Source: Perna viridis (lineage: Eukaryota). Taken from it: DNA of 64,000 nucleotides. The notes beneath the pieces were generated by a model. It had not been told where the DNA came from. It was given only the letters and a program-made list of their open reading frames with translations, and searched no databases. Below are positions 1-13,265 of this stretch, in pieces; position 1 is the first letter of the stretch; each line of letters begins with the position of its first letter. The translations under genes were made by a program, and so were the position numbers. The stretch is from positions 33,166,885 to 33,230,884 of the forward strand of contig CM074513.1 of NCBI GenBank assembly GCA_037379345.1, read 5' to 3'.

Positions 1-1935
1 TTTTCGTTGTCAGAATTTAGTCCCCCCCCAAAAAAAAAATAAAAAATAAAAAAGTGCAAAAATCGGATAAAATCGTAAAATCGAAAAAAAAGTTGTATAA
101 ATTCAACTGTACAAGTTATAGCTAAAATAAAACGTCTGAAATTTTCATAAATATGGGAATTTTCAGAATTTCATATTTTCTTCAATTTAACATGTAATGT
201 GCCATTTTGTCAAATACCCTAATTCAAGGTCATAGTTTTCCTTTCCTCGTTTCTCTACCCCGGACTTGACTTTTTATGAGCAACTCGGCGGATGTTTCTA
301 GAAAAGCAGAGGACGCTTACCCTACCGGTGCACCTGGTCCATGCTCCCAGTTTTTAGTGGAGTCCGAGTTGCTCATTTGCTTTTGTTACTTTGTATGTAT
401 GATTTTAGTTACTTTATGTTCTTTGTTTTGTATGTCTGTTTTCCATGTCTGGTCTTTGTCCCTGGATTACATTCTTTTGATTACCGCTATAACTTTGGTT
501 CCCTTGATTACTCTTTCAAACAAGCTTTTGCATATTCAAACACATTTATATAGCATCTAAGTCTTCTAATGAGCCAAGAGAGTGCATAATTAAACGTATT
601 CTAGGACGTTTTGGGGAAAGAATAGTACCCCTACCCACTAAATTCTGCCCCAAAGTGAAAGAAAATGATCGTTTAAGCATACACGGACTGTATATAAGGT
701 ATATCTGGCATTTGTAATGGAGATCTTCATGTATAAATCATATTGTATAGCAAATATGCTTTAATTATCCCGATGACGACATAATAGTTAAAATGGGAAA
801 TTTAAAAATAACTGCAGATTATCACGCATTTTGGTTTAAAATATCACAATTTTCACATGAATTTTTGTTATCATTATATTGATACACATCAGGTTTCAAA
901 GAAACAGCTACGATGAATTATCGACAGAAATACACCTCACACCGTTTAAACTGCTAATCTACCACATGCGAATTGTAGGTTTTCATAGAAATTTTAGTGG
1001 GTAATGGGTACCATTCTTTCCCCTAAATTGCATGGAATACGTTAAATTGTGTATTGCCATGGCTACTTAAAAAGCTAAGATGCTAAATAAAATATACAAA
1101 AGCTTATTTAAAGTAGGGTACTTGAAAAAAATGCACATTACAGGTAAAATGGGAGAAAATATCAAATTCCGAAAATTCCTCTTTTCATTAAATATTCATA
1201 TTGTCATATCGAAACTGGAAAAACATACGCGCCTGAAATGAGCAGATATGTTGGGTACATCAATAATTAAAACAATAGTACTCAACATGTCTATTGTACA
1301 CTGTTTTATATATAAGCTAAAATTATATTTGAGGTATTTTTTTCATGGGCAGGGGGTGCAATTTTTCACTTAAAATGTTCAAATATTTATTGCTTGGACT
1401 CGTTTGAAAGCTAAGACACTATATAAATGTACTGTATCACACAAAAACTTGTTTAAACTACGATGTTTTGAAAAAATGACAATAATGGGTGACATAGAAG
1501 AAATTCTGAAATTCTGAAAATTCCCCTTAGTACGATTTTTATAGTGATTGTTATTTAAAAAAAAGAAAATCCAAGCCTCTGCATTAATCAGATATGTTGC
1601 GTACATCATTGTCTTAAATATGAATGCGTAAAATGTGAGATTTACCGTGTCGGTATGCTGTGAATGAGAATTCGGTTTGATATTGAGACCAGTTTTCTAG
1701 GGGTAGGGGTAATACTTTTTTAATACTTTTTTTTGGAAAATTCTTTTTTGAAAATAAGTTTTTTTGTGGTTTATTCATGTAGAAAATTATTATATTATCT
1801 ATCGAATGATACACAATTTCAGGTGTTTTGTTTGAGCTATAACTTGTAGAGCACAATTTCTTATGCGAATTTTTATGGGAAAATCGTAAATCCGATTTTG
1901 TGCATTTTTTTTATTAATTCTGATAACGAAAATCG
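1..1935. mobile_element. Degenerate foldback / long-inverted-repeat non-autonomous DNA element (probably continues past the left window edge)
   Basis: Nested imperfect inverted matches read by eye: ~1-135 vs reverse complement of ~1825-1933 (ttttcgttgtcag / ctgataacgaaaa; acaagttatagct / agctataacttgt), ~152-232 vs ~1110-1180, and ~520-650 vs ~990-1110 (ggggaaagaatagtaccc..acccactaaa / tttagtgggt..gggtaccattctttcccc). No ORF. Confidence 0.55.
236..517 (+). mobile_element. Penelope-like retroelement 3' terminal (UTR) repeat copy
   Basis: The same sequence recurs at ~33525-33666 (+), ~42725-42930 (+) and ~12500-12770 (-). The last copy directly follows a Penelope-type RT C-terminus. Confidence 0.7.
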
Positions 1936-2161
1936 GCACAAGTCATCAAAAGAACTCCAGAAGTACTAATCGTAATAATACTAAGCGGAAAATATCAAAT
2001 AAACCATTCTTTGCTGAAGCATAGATACTCTAGAGTATTAAAAAATATGTAAATTTAAGCGACTTTTCGATGGGGTAGGGTACATTTTTTCATTCAACTA
2101 AAAATCTTAAGTATTATTGCGACTTTCTTGGCACTATTGTAAAGTTGAGACATTGGGTTAC

Positions 2162-5100
2162 ATGATGATACCCACATTGTTTTTGGTTTCTTCGCACATA
2201 CTGTCCCAGGAAGATTTAGACGCCCGGACAATTGAGTAACAAAATTCTTGGCTTTTTGACCCAGTTAGGTTAAAATATATAGGCTTATCCTAGAAAAAAA
2301 TCCGAGAATATTCTTTAGCATCAAATTGATTCGGTAATGGAAGGTATAAAGTTACCTGAAAATCACCATGACGTTGACGAGTGGGGGATGTACGGTGGAC
2401 CCTCCCACCCATGGACTAATGATGATTGAGAATTTACTTTGATTTGTTCAACCATAATTATTGTGGATTAAATTAACTTCATTTATAGTTTCAATGAATT
2501 TCAGACTTTTGCCAGCGGATTTATTCCCGACGGATACATCTTACAAGGTAGGTAAGTCAAAAGAAACTTGTTGATTATGTTAGGGGTCATTCAAGGTGAA
2601 AGTTTAAAACCGGTTATTTAGTTTAACGAGTTTCACCTTTTGACATTATACGCTTTGTAATACAATTGCTGAATCCAACATAAATGGGGAGTGTTCGGAG
2701 CCAAAGTGACTGTGTTTCAAAAGATCTACACGTGAACTTCATACAATTGAAATCTACGGTATTAAGGGTCAAAGTTACAGATGATCACAAGTTGTTCTAA
2801 ATTAGAATTCAGATTCCCTTTGTTAATCATGATCGTCTGGGTGTTCAAATAGAAATGCTTCCGCTTTATTATGTTCGTTTCTATAGTGACACACACGTGT
2901 GGGACAGCCGTTTCTAACTCCAACCACAGTGGAACAAATGCTAAGATCACTATTGCGTCTGACCTGTACGTGGAGGCAAAGATAAGGTGTGCTGATTCAT
3001 TAATTTTTAATGTTGCCCGAATCAAGGACGGTAACTCCCTGACATCGGCTCGAATATTCTATACCAACGAGACTGGTGGTACAGTTGGCACTGACTGCTT
3101 CTTCTATGTAAGCATTCTTACTAATAGTAGTTATTGAAGTATATATATATATGTCCGGCAGTCGGACAAGATACTGTTGGTTGATTGGTCCATCGAGAAG
3201 TTTGTACAGCCCATTTTTGGAGTAATATAGAAACGTAATTTCCTTCTAAATACCGATTATCTTAAATGAAATTAAACCTGGCTTCGCTGATAAAAAGTCC
3301 TTTAAAATCTCGATATCTGCTGATTTTCAAGGTTAGATGTTCAAGGTTTTAAGGTCAAGACAACACAGTCTTATTTTCAGCAGCGAATCGGATGAAACGG
3401 TTCTCATCCTTCTGACCGAAAATCCAAAAGTTTTTAAGCACAATACATTGATTTGCTATTCACATTTAGGCGTTTTGCTCTTTTCCAGGGAAGGTGGAGT
3501 ACCATTAAAATATATTTTTATCAATATGTAGGAAGACCAACAATCTTTAAAAGTTGATCTATTTTTTAAATTCTTATTATATTGATACAGGTTCTTTGTA
3601 CAGGTGCATACCAGTATATTTTTTTATTCTTACACAGCATCCGAACGATGAATCCAACTTGTATACAGTAGAGATGGATATTTACTGGGGGTTGACCAAT
3701 GAATCTCTGTTGAACGACTATGAGTCCTACACCATAACCTGTACAATCGACGGCGCCGCCACGCAGCAACTAGCGGGAAAGACTGTCGATGAGTAAGCAG
3801 TTCATCTAAGGATAAGATAATGATAATGGGATTTGACCTGTTTAGTGAAGCCGGAGCAATTCTAAAAAGTGGTACCGTTACATTTCTCTTTTCATGTTAA
3901 TGAAATGAATTCATTTCAACAAAGTCAATTACTTCCGACACAATTAATCGTTCAATTTGATCATTGATCTGTAATCAATCTTATTTTGAACGCGCATCGT
4001 TTAATTTATTTCTCTAACCGAACACTTATCGATCGATCAACATCGATTAATGATCGAGGATTGAAATGACTTTTTTTCATCGAATTATATCTGGTTGCTG
4101 AATGTTTGATAAATCATTTTGTTTAGTTAATACTCATAATTTCACCACCGAACACCCTCAAATCAAACACATGAAACAATCGGTAAATAAGTATTATTAT
4201 ACCTTGTTTACAAAATACTATAAAAGATGTGTTTAGTTTCATATCCTCATTCGAATATTTACATGTAGTTTCCAAAGTGAACCTACTCTGCACTAAAAAT
4301 TGTTCAGTGGTAAAAAGTCATGAGAATTGCTAAGACAATACATTTCAATAGACGTGTGGTATTTATTTGAGAAGGCGGAAAGTTGTAAAAATACACGCTC
4401 CCTTCCACTTACTACAGGTTAAAAGTGTGCGGTGGCATTACACATTTTAATGCGTAGTTAATCGAAAAGGATGTCTGAAATACATTTCAATAGTTTTAAT
4501 AGTTTCAATAGCAGTTTTTTTTTGTAATTACACACTGTTTTATGTTGTTCCGTAGCAACCTCCTGTGTTGAGGTATACCGATATTAGCTCTTTCATAGCT
4601 TTTGAACTGCCGGAAGTGGATATAGGATTTCCGGTTTAGGGGCGTGAGTAAGATTTAACGCCGGTCTTCATGTAATTTAATAATAATTTCATATGGACAC
4701 AGTAAATTTGACATTTTCTTCACTGAAACCATGAAGAGGTGTTTTTTAGCGAAACATAAAATTAGCTACTAGGTGGTAATCAATTGCCGGAAATTTGTCT
4801 TTTGTTCAAGGAGCAAAAAAAAAAAAAAAAAAAAGAAACATTAAAACTGAAATATTTGATATTGAAAAAAAAAATGAAATATAGATAATTAATATTTAAA
4901 TACTAGTGGGATACTTATCACTGAAGATTTGGTTGGTAATGGTGGAAGTCCATATGCCAATACTGCGACGCTGAAACTGTTAGATGTCCTAGGAAGAGAA
5001 ATATCAGCGCCCTCTATCAGGATAGGGAAGAAGGTGTTCCTGGAGATGTCTATTTCTGGAGGTAACTAGGTAGAACGACAGCGGTGACTGATCCAGAAAT

Positions 5101-8100
5101 TAAAAAACGGGGATGGGGCCGCCATCTTCAGAATCTTTATTTCGATATCAAAACCACTTTATAGAGATAAAGGAGGCTTTTTCCGTTTATATTTCACTTG
5201 TAGAGTTAAGCATTTTACATATCTCCATACAAGTAACTACATATTTCTGTATGTTAACTATTTTTTTTTTTTAATAATTAACCAGGGAATTTGCGTATTT
5301 TTTGCTTATTTAGTTTTGTTCAGATCTCTCATAAAATTATTAGAGGTTAAAAGCTGAAATTTAACAAAATGGAAAAACATGCGTTACCCATGAAACTTAT
5401 TAAGCACTTTATTGAGACTGGGAGCTAAAATAGACTATACTTCAAACCCCATGACTACTTCTTGTAATGAACCATATTAACTTCAAGCTAAAATTTGACT
5501 TTTTTCCAAAATGTGTACCATTGTTAGTAAAGCCGGTTTCCCTCGATTTACTGTTTCATTCTAAATTCTTCGTATTATAACGGTGAAAATGCGAAAGGAA
5601 AATCAAAATATGACCATGATAAGTAAGTAGCATCTACCGACGTGTGTTTATGTCGGAGAATCAAGACATGGCGGAACTTTAGAATCAAAGAGAGCAATTA
5701 TATACAATTATATGGAATGCAAGCTTAGTTGACACATCGTTTGAAATTTTACGCTTCAAACAATCGTCGAATTGCAAAAATTGGGGATAAAAGGAAAGTG
5801 TGTGGATCGATTCTAAACGTGTCTAAACATAACCTTATTGTTATAATTGGTTAATATAGAACTCTACGATTTTATTTTTAAATTTACCATTCTGATTACG
5901 AAGAACCTTACATAAGCTACAACCATTCAATGAATCATGTCCTTTGGTACATGTCCATCTCAACTAGCTACATTCCTAAGTTGATAAGCTTTATAGCTCA
6001 AGTGCTACATTATCGCACAGACACCCCTGTGTCATTCAAAGCGTATAATTTCTTAGGCACCTAGTTTCAGATACACGCATATAGTAACCTAAACGCCAAA
6101 TGCTTAGAATGTAGTTTCAACAATTACGTCTGGTGCAGAAAACACTTGCCACGCACTTATAGGCACTGGAGCACATGCAGCTCTATTATCTCGACATGTG
6201 GCCAAATAGAATGATAATTACAAAAAGCAATATTACCAGGCCACAGACTGGCACCAATGCTGCGAAATAAATTATCGGAATTCTTATGCCATCGTCTAAG
6301 CAAAATTTCATTTTTATTTGTCATCTCCGGGCTTCGGTTGTCACGAGGTGATAACCGTAATACAAATACAAGATATAGCGAGTCATACATCGGGATGATT
6401 TCGGGGAATATGCTACCCTTTTGTATTAAATAAAATGCCAAAAAATGAGCGGAAAATAATACATGTAGCATGGAACCCCATTTCTTCTTGATTGGATCCA
6501 CTCCCCCTTTTTGTAAATATTTGGATCTGCCAGGGCCTGCACGCGATAGCTGAAGACAGCTCTTCAATTGGTACTCAGCATTCCTCTTTATTTCTATGGT
6601 TTTCATTTCTAGCTTAACATTAAATGGTTTATTATGCGTCTGATCTTGGATCTAAATTGATAAAAGTGCTTGATACAATTGTTGCGCCCGGATTAAGCGA
6701 CGCCCCTTATTTTCAAGGGAGTGAATATTTTTCTTTTTCTATATTGTCGATCAGAACCCTTTTTGGCCTGTTTTTAGACAAAGTACACAGCAAGAATCCG
6801 TCCATATAAAATTCAGACACTGTGTATTGTAGAAGTGATTCATGGTGTAGAAAAAACCCACTGAACTAACGATGCTTTTTTCGGTCTTAACGTGATATAT
6901 GTAATTATATAACGATAATCCTTTCTGTATTCAAATTCGTAATTTTGAGAAAACCATACGGGCAACCCGATTAAAATCTAGCCAATCAAACCAAAATAAA
7001 GAATGATAACTCTTGCAAAGTGCCGATTTCATATACATTCTAAGTATAACGACTGAATGACAAACTAAATTAGAAATAAAACTGAATTGGGTGGGTTTTT
7101 GACACGCATGAATCAAATCTTGTGTATATTATTTCGTTATTTAGGTTCTGATGCAGGACTTACGCCATATAGCTGCTATGCAGAAAATAGCGATGGTTCC
7201 AGGCGATACAAACTTTTGAAAGCTGGGTGAGTTGAAGGTATAGAACAATTCAATGCAATTGATACCAATATAGAGCCTGGCCATGAACTTTAAGGGCTTG
7301 TCCATTTCAGACTTAAGCACGCTAGATGGTGTTGATGACTATAAAATAATATGTTGCTCTGCACTGGTAATTAGAAATGTTCATTTGTATATAAAATATA
7401 GGTACATTGTCGAAAATTGAAGATATGTGATGAGGCGATGGAACGGGTAGGAAATGTGAGGCTTCGCCGAGCTATTTCCCCGTTCCAAGCCGAATGCACA
7501 TATTTTAACCGATAACCTGCTAATGTACGGATACAGCAAAAAAGAAATAACCGTATAACTTTATTCGTTTAACAAATAACCTCATTGCAGGATAAATACC
7601 GGTATACGACTTCTGGATTATCATCTTTGATATTGCTGGCATAATGAAAGGACCGGTAACATTAGCACACGAAACTATGTAAACATTTTCAACAAATAAT
7701 GTAGAAATTCCACTAGAATGAAACAAGCATGATCTATAACGGTGCACAAAACAATTTACCACTATAGAGTGGGACAAAAAATATAGCCAAACACAAAACA
7801 GTTTACTACTAAGGAGTAGGACAAATAATATAGCCAAACACAAAACAATTGTTGTTTGTGTCGTAGAATGGTCGTCTGGTACAAAATAGTATAATGCATT
7901 GTCTGCGATATGCATGGAATATTTGCCAAATATAATTGCTTTTATATGTTGTAGTTGTGGAGATGGTATAATTTTCCCCAAAAATGTTGGATTTACGACC
8001 ACAGGAACAAGTGTGAAAAGTCCGTTTTTTAAAATATTCAGGGTTACAGAAAGACTATCCAATTCAGCAAATGATCGGATATCTTTTAGTTGTTCCTTTT

Positions 8101-9714
8101 CAGCTTGTGCACAGGCATGTGATGGGGTATGTGTATACATCCATCTAGTTTAACTCTACTTTAAGAACGATTAGGTTTAATATTATTCTAAAATCTTATC
8201 AGTCTGTCATTTTCATTGTCCATAGGAAATAAACTCTGTGATAAAAGATTTGTTTTAATTTTTCGTACCTAACGACTGTGTTACTATAAGGACAAATTTA
8301 AAGTTGAATTTAAAAAAAGATGTTTTCGTAACATTTTCGACAATATCTCCTGGACAAGTTGAATATGGAAATTAATTGTATGTAACTGATAAAGAAACAA
8401 CGTGTTTTATATCTTGTCATTAAAATCTCCAGGAGGTGGGGGGCACTCCAATACTTCTTCGATAGTGGTGCCACTAGGATTTTCTAACCCCACCCTATTC
8501 AAGTATTTTTTTTTTAATGCACATCTTTTCACACACACACATGTTGTATATATATATATTATTGACATACCATATAATTATGTTTGTTTTCCACACCTGA
8601 TCACATATTTGCCCCCCCCTCCCCCGAGATAAAAATACTTAGTTTAACACAAACAATCATTAAAAAACATGATATCAATGAATTTAAGTGAGAATATATG
8701 TAATTTTATGCTATCTATAATATTTGTTTTAGTCTTCCTGTGCACTAAGACAAGTAAAACGCAGATCTTCGGGTATGTTTCATCTATTATTATCTTCAAA
8801 CAGAATTTCTTTCTGGCTTGAAAATATTTTAGTAGTGTGAAATATTAACAGCATTTCCATCTTCCGATCTTTAATATTAGGAAAAATACATCAGTTCACT
8901 CGAGGAACCACCACGATGGTCTCGTTATATTGGTAGCATGTTCACCTTGAGTGCAGGAATTCGCGGGTTTCATTCCCGACCTAGTCATACCAAAGACTTT
9001 GAAATTGTTGTCACTAGTTCTTTACCAACACAACGACTGTTGCTTCTGTGAGCTAGAACAATACGATACGGCTCAGGGTGTCGAAATAGTACTAAACATA
9101 TTATTAATGTAGTGAATTCGTTGGTGATCCTTTTATTTACAGTTCGTTTAAATTTATTCTCTTCATTGACCACTGATTGGATACATTTTTGTTACTTTTT
9201 TTATATGTATTCATTCACCAGTTTCCATAGCATATTTATCAAATTATGTTTTTCTATGTACTTCTAATATTTTGGAAGAATGTCAATACATATCACCGAG
9301 TTTATCTAATTTATCCAGCAAAGCAATTTTTAATAAGGGACATCCTTCTTGCAAATAAATGAATAACATGTTTTATGGAACTTGCTGAAAATAAAGAACT
9401 CAAATCAAAACAATTGAACATTCAAGTGATATTGTTATTTTTGCAGAGATGTACAGGTAAAATGTGATATCATTATTACAGGAAAAGAAACAACTGTTAA
9501 ATCTACTACGTTTGTTGTAAAACAGATTGAAGATGAAACTGAGAAGATATTACGAGAGTTTTCTATGGAGAGAAATTATAAGATTGCCAATGTAGTCTTG
9601 ATTGGTGTTGGACTGGCTTATTTAGTGACTTTCGTGTTGATATTTTACCAACTTTGCTGTAAACAACGACATGAAGACGAGGAAATTGTTCCATCTATGA
9701 AATATACATCATAA
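2162..9714 (+). CDS. ZP-module (vitelline envelope VEZP/VERL-like) type I membrane protein, paralog A; ~380-400 aa, 9 coding exons
   Basis: Exons: 2162-2235 (tentative), 2489 or 2505-2547, 2887-3107, 3638-3792, 4907-5061, 7145-7226, 7955-8126, 8733-8772, 9482-9714; exons 2-9 are GT-AG and phase-consistent. Translation IPDGYILQVTHTCG...YTITCTIDG...GLTPYSCYA...AGCGDGIIFPKNVGFTTTGTSVKSPFFKIFRV...FSCSFSACAQACDGSSCALRQVKRR gives 4 Cys in the ZP-N half and 6 Cys in the ZP-C half. A basic cleavage site and a C-terminal TM helix (IANVVLIGVGLAYLVTFVLIFY) follow. The GCGDG-I-F...GFTT...SPxF motif resembles abalone VERL/VEZP ZP-C as I recall it (not searched). Confidence 0.85.
8905..9100 (+). mobile_element. 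Degenerate tRNA-derived SINE (mollusc type)
   Basis: A-box-like tggtctc..tggtagc and B-box-like gggtttcattccc, followed by gtcataccaaagac and a tctgtgagctag core. A related copy lies at ~40215-40430. Confidence 0.55.
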
Positions 9715-10029
9715 AATATTAGTCTTATTATTTAATGGATGTAGTTTTTATGCATTAAAACATTATCCTACAGTAACAATCAATCAATCATTTTTTTTTT
9801 GTTATTCCTGCTTCACACCACAATTAAAAACTAGAGAAAGATGATCTAGTGATAAAAAATATCCCCACGTGTCAAATTTTGAAGTGTGAAAAAGACCAAA
9901 AAATCCTGACCTGACAAATTTTAATAAATCAACTTATGATTGTTGATATTGAGAAAACCAGTTTAAACGACATTGAGATTTCAAATATCGAAGGACAAAC
10001 AAAAAAAGAAGACGCACAGAAGCAATATA

Positions 10030-11736
10030 CACCCGGGTAAACTCGTTTCTCCAGAGTGGTGCTTATCGCAAATACGGTTGATAAACAAGTTCTCGAAAAT
10101 GTACACGTGGACTGCAGAAATGAATCCTTAAGAAACGTGGTGATGGTTTTTCAAGTAAGCATTTCACCATTCCCTACTTTAAAGTTTTCTCGTTAGTAAA
10201 TGATTCGAATATTGAAATAACTTTGTAGATTGAGAGAATTTCTACTTCATAGTAACAAATTTCCTTTTTTTTCATCTGAACTTTTCACAGATATTTTTTT
10301 TATTGTAAACGGGCAAGCCTAAACAAAAAATGATTTTCATTTGTATCTTTTTTTTATATATATATAAAAACAACTCATAGAAACATTATCAATCATTTAG
10401 AGTTAAACAACGATTTTATCAAAGCACTTAAGCCGAGAATGTGTAACTTTTAATACGATTGATGTCATAGTCGAAAGCGGTTGAGAGCACAAAAATGTCG
10501 CAAATGCGGATAGTTTTTGTTAATTTACGACATGAATAACAATGAAAAGTTGTGGTTATGATTAAAAACTAGTAAGACACATGAAATGAACTCTTGTTTT
10601 ACTATAATTTGCATAGTTGGTGCATATTATAGTTTTTTCCTAAGACGTTTTGGTGCTGTACATATGCCAATACATTGTTTTTGCAGGATATACATGGATT
10701 TTATATGTTACTATTGTGATGAAAAGACACAAGGATAGTGAAATTAAACTACAGAAAGCTAGATTTTAATAATCAGAATGGGAAATTTCAATACCAAACA
10801 AAGACATATTTTATGTTTTACAGGTGCAACACAAAGGGAACGTTTGCAGGACTATGACACAATCAGAAATTTCAAAGTTCATTGAGTATATGAATGCATG
10901 TACGTTGTATGTGTCCAGACTAAACACTTAAATAGTACATGTACATTTGCATAATGTATCTCCTTCGTGTACAAAACAATTTTCATTTCATTATGAACAC
11001 CCTCAGCTTATCTTTTTACCAGTGCCTTCTAAACCCGGCCTGTCAAAAAGTCTGTAAGACAGTTGACTGAATATGACTGTTTATAATGAGAAGGATATCA
11101 GTAAACTATGGTCTTGTACATGCATATATACAGGACCAAATAAACAAAAAAGTTGCATGTTTATAGTACTGTTTTAATTTTGGACTAAATGTTTTTCGTA
11201 AATGTTATGGATTAAAATAAGTTTCTCAGGTTTAAAATTTTCTCATATTAATCATCGAACATATTTTATATTAACGACAACATCAATCGCATTTTACAAG
11301 CACACAGTTTGTAATTCAACCGCCGTAAAAGCAACACCACTTCATGGAAAAATGTCTAATTTTTCCTTCATAACCGTTATCATTCATAAGTAACTGATAT
11401 ACATGTATCGACTATCATACTAGGTACATTAACCCCATGAAAAAATTGCGTTAGAATACATATACTTCGAATGATATTTAAAAAAATAGTATAAAATGAC
11501 TAGGATTACTGTATTGTCCGGACAAAAATGAATTACACAAGCGTCTCATCAACTTACAGCATATATCAAACTATTGGAAGTTGAACGTTTGCTTTTTAAC
11601 CAAAAGATAATTCATACTTTTCATGTTTAATCAAATATAACAATATTGTTAACTCATCTTAGATCTGATTTTAACTTGTTTATCAACCGTATTTGCGATA
11701 AGCATCGCTTTTGGAAGTAACGGGTTTACCTGGGTG
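10030..11736. mobile_element. Non-autonomous CACTA/EnSpm-like DNA transposon
   Basis: ~63-bp TIRs: CACCCGGGTAAACTCG...TGCTTATCGCAAATACGGTTGATAAACAAGTT at 10030 and its near reverse complement ending at 11736. The termini are CAC...GTG, flanked by a 3-bp duplication ATA (10027-10029, 11737-11739). Confidence 0.8.
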
Positions 11737-12499
11737 ATAAACAAATGAAGTAAAACCAACAAAACCCAACACTCGTCTTTAGAAACCAGCCCGGTGTCAT
11801 CAATTATTAAGGTTCAGTTAAAGTCAAAATCTAGGGCATTAATTGTCAAGATAATTTTAGTCAGGATGTTAAGAAAGCAATTAATATGTTCTTGAAAACT
11901 TTGTTTAATGCTTCTTTATACAGTATTCAACATATATGCACGTTTCCTTCCTTCACAAAACATGTATTACAGCAATATTTTGCTAACAACAGAAGTGTAA
12001 ACATCAAATTTTAAAAATAAATGTACAGATTTACCAGAACAGATTTTTGTTTGGAAATGCAAATATGCTTAATATGCTGTATGTTATTATCTATTGCAGT
12101 GCACGCTAGCAATAATGTGTGACAAATTGCCATATTTGAATGACAATTTTTTTCGTGTTTATTGGTGTTGGTATTTAGCTGGATCATGGCATAAATGTCT
12201 CAATCATCTATATTTAAAGAAATGTCAATTTGTTCATGACAATAAATGCAAGCTTACATTGCAAAATGCATTTAGGAAAAGTACTATATGAATTTCAGGC
12301 TTCAAATCTTGTTTTTGACTGCTGTTCATTTATTTTTAAAATATGTTGGTTACGCTTTTGTTGTTAGTGTAAAACAGAAGTTATAAAACATTTTATAGAA
12401 CATATTTTCCTAAGTTGTACTAGTGCTTGTGCATTAAATGCATACGTGTATAAAGGTGCATTTAGCGATGTTTTAGCGCTAAATTCAATGTGTTATTTT

Positions 12500-13265
12500 A
12501 GAGTAACCAAGGAACTAAGATTCTAGCGGAAATCAAAAGAATATAATCCAGGGACAAAGATCAGACATAGAAAACAGGCAAACACAATAAGGAACATATA
12601 GTAACTAAAATAATACATATAAAGTAACAAAAGTAAATAGGCAACTCTGACTCCACTGAAAACTGGGTGCGTGGACTATGAAAGGTGCATCGGTAGGGTA
12701 AATATCCCTTGCTTTTCTAGAAACATCTGCCAAGTTGTTCATAAAAGTCAAGTCCGGGGTAGACGAAAGAGGAAATTAAAACTATAACACGTTGAATAAA
12801 TCAGTTTTCATGGTGTAGATCCACGAGTTCATGATGACGACCATAAAACTCCTGTAGTGATGACTTCAATCTTGTAGCAACTTAACTCTGTTCCAGAAGC
12901 CTAATTGTAAGAAGTCTAGCGCGATACAAAAAAATATGTGTAGTTAAGGAAGCTCTGGCATAACATATGAGTTGTGATATGAAAACTCCATACGTAAGTG
13001 CTGAAGGGATGTTGCTAGATGAAAGGAAAGTTGACAATTCTGAATGAAGTCATCCCGTTTGTAGTAAAGTTTGGTCAATAGTTTTCCTTTACCATCGATC
13101 TTTAAGTGTAGGTCAAGATATGAGGCTGACTTCACATTGTCTGTGGTATCCTTTATCTCACGTGTTCTTTGGGGTAGATGCGATGTATCAAATCCTCGAA
13201 ACTACGATTGTTTAACGATAATAAGTCACCTATTCAGCGGAAACTGAGAATAAAGGATCTAGCTA
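12500..13265 (-). mobile_element. Penelope-like retroelement 3' fragment (RT C-terminus plus 3' UTR), degenerate
   Basis: Minus strand encodes SASYLDLHLKIDGKGKLLTKLYYKRDDF, then frameshifted ISQL-like and FYGRHHELVD segments typical of Penelope-like RT/thumb. The UTR repeat seen at 236-517 follows. Confidence 0.8.

Noticed and set aside
276-560. Hydrophobic 94-aa and 70-aa ORFs
   Set aside because: They lie in the T-rich Penelope-like UTR repeat; the other copies in the window are partial or carry indels.
6157-6606. 149-aa minus-strand ORF
   Set aside because: Intronic, no recognisable domain, and no supporting splice structure.
7520-8140. 206-aa minus-strand ORF
   Set aside because: Antisense shadow of ZP exon 7 plus intronic repeat sequence; no recognisable motifs.
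8905-8985. tRNA gene
   Set aside because: The A/B boxes are degenerate, no cloverleaf forms, and the sequence continues into a SINE body.
9447-9456. 10-nt micro-exon candidate (cag|AGATGTACAG|gtaaaa) in paralog A
   Set aside because: It would shift the frame, leaves a 25-nt downstream intron, and has no counterpart in paralog B.
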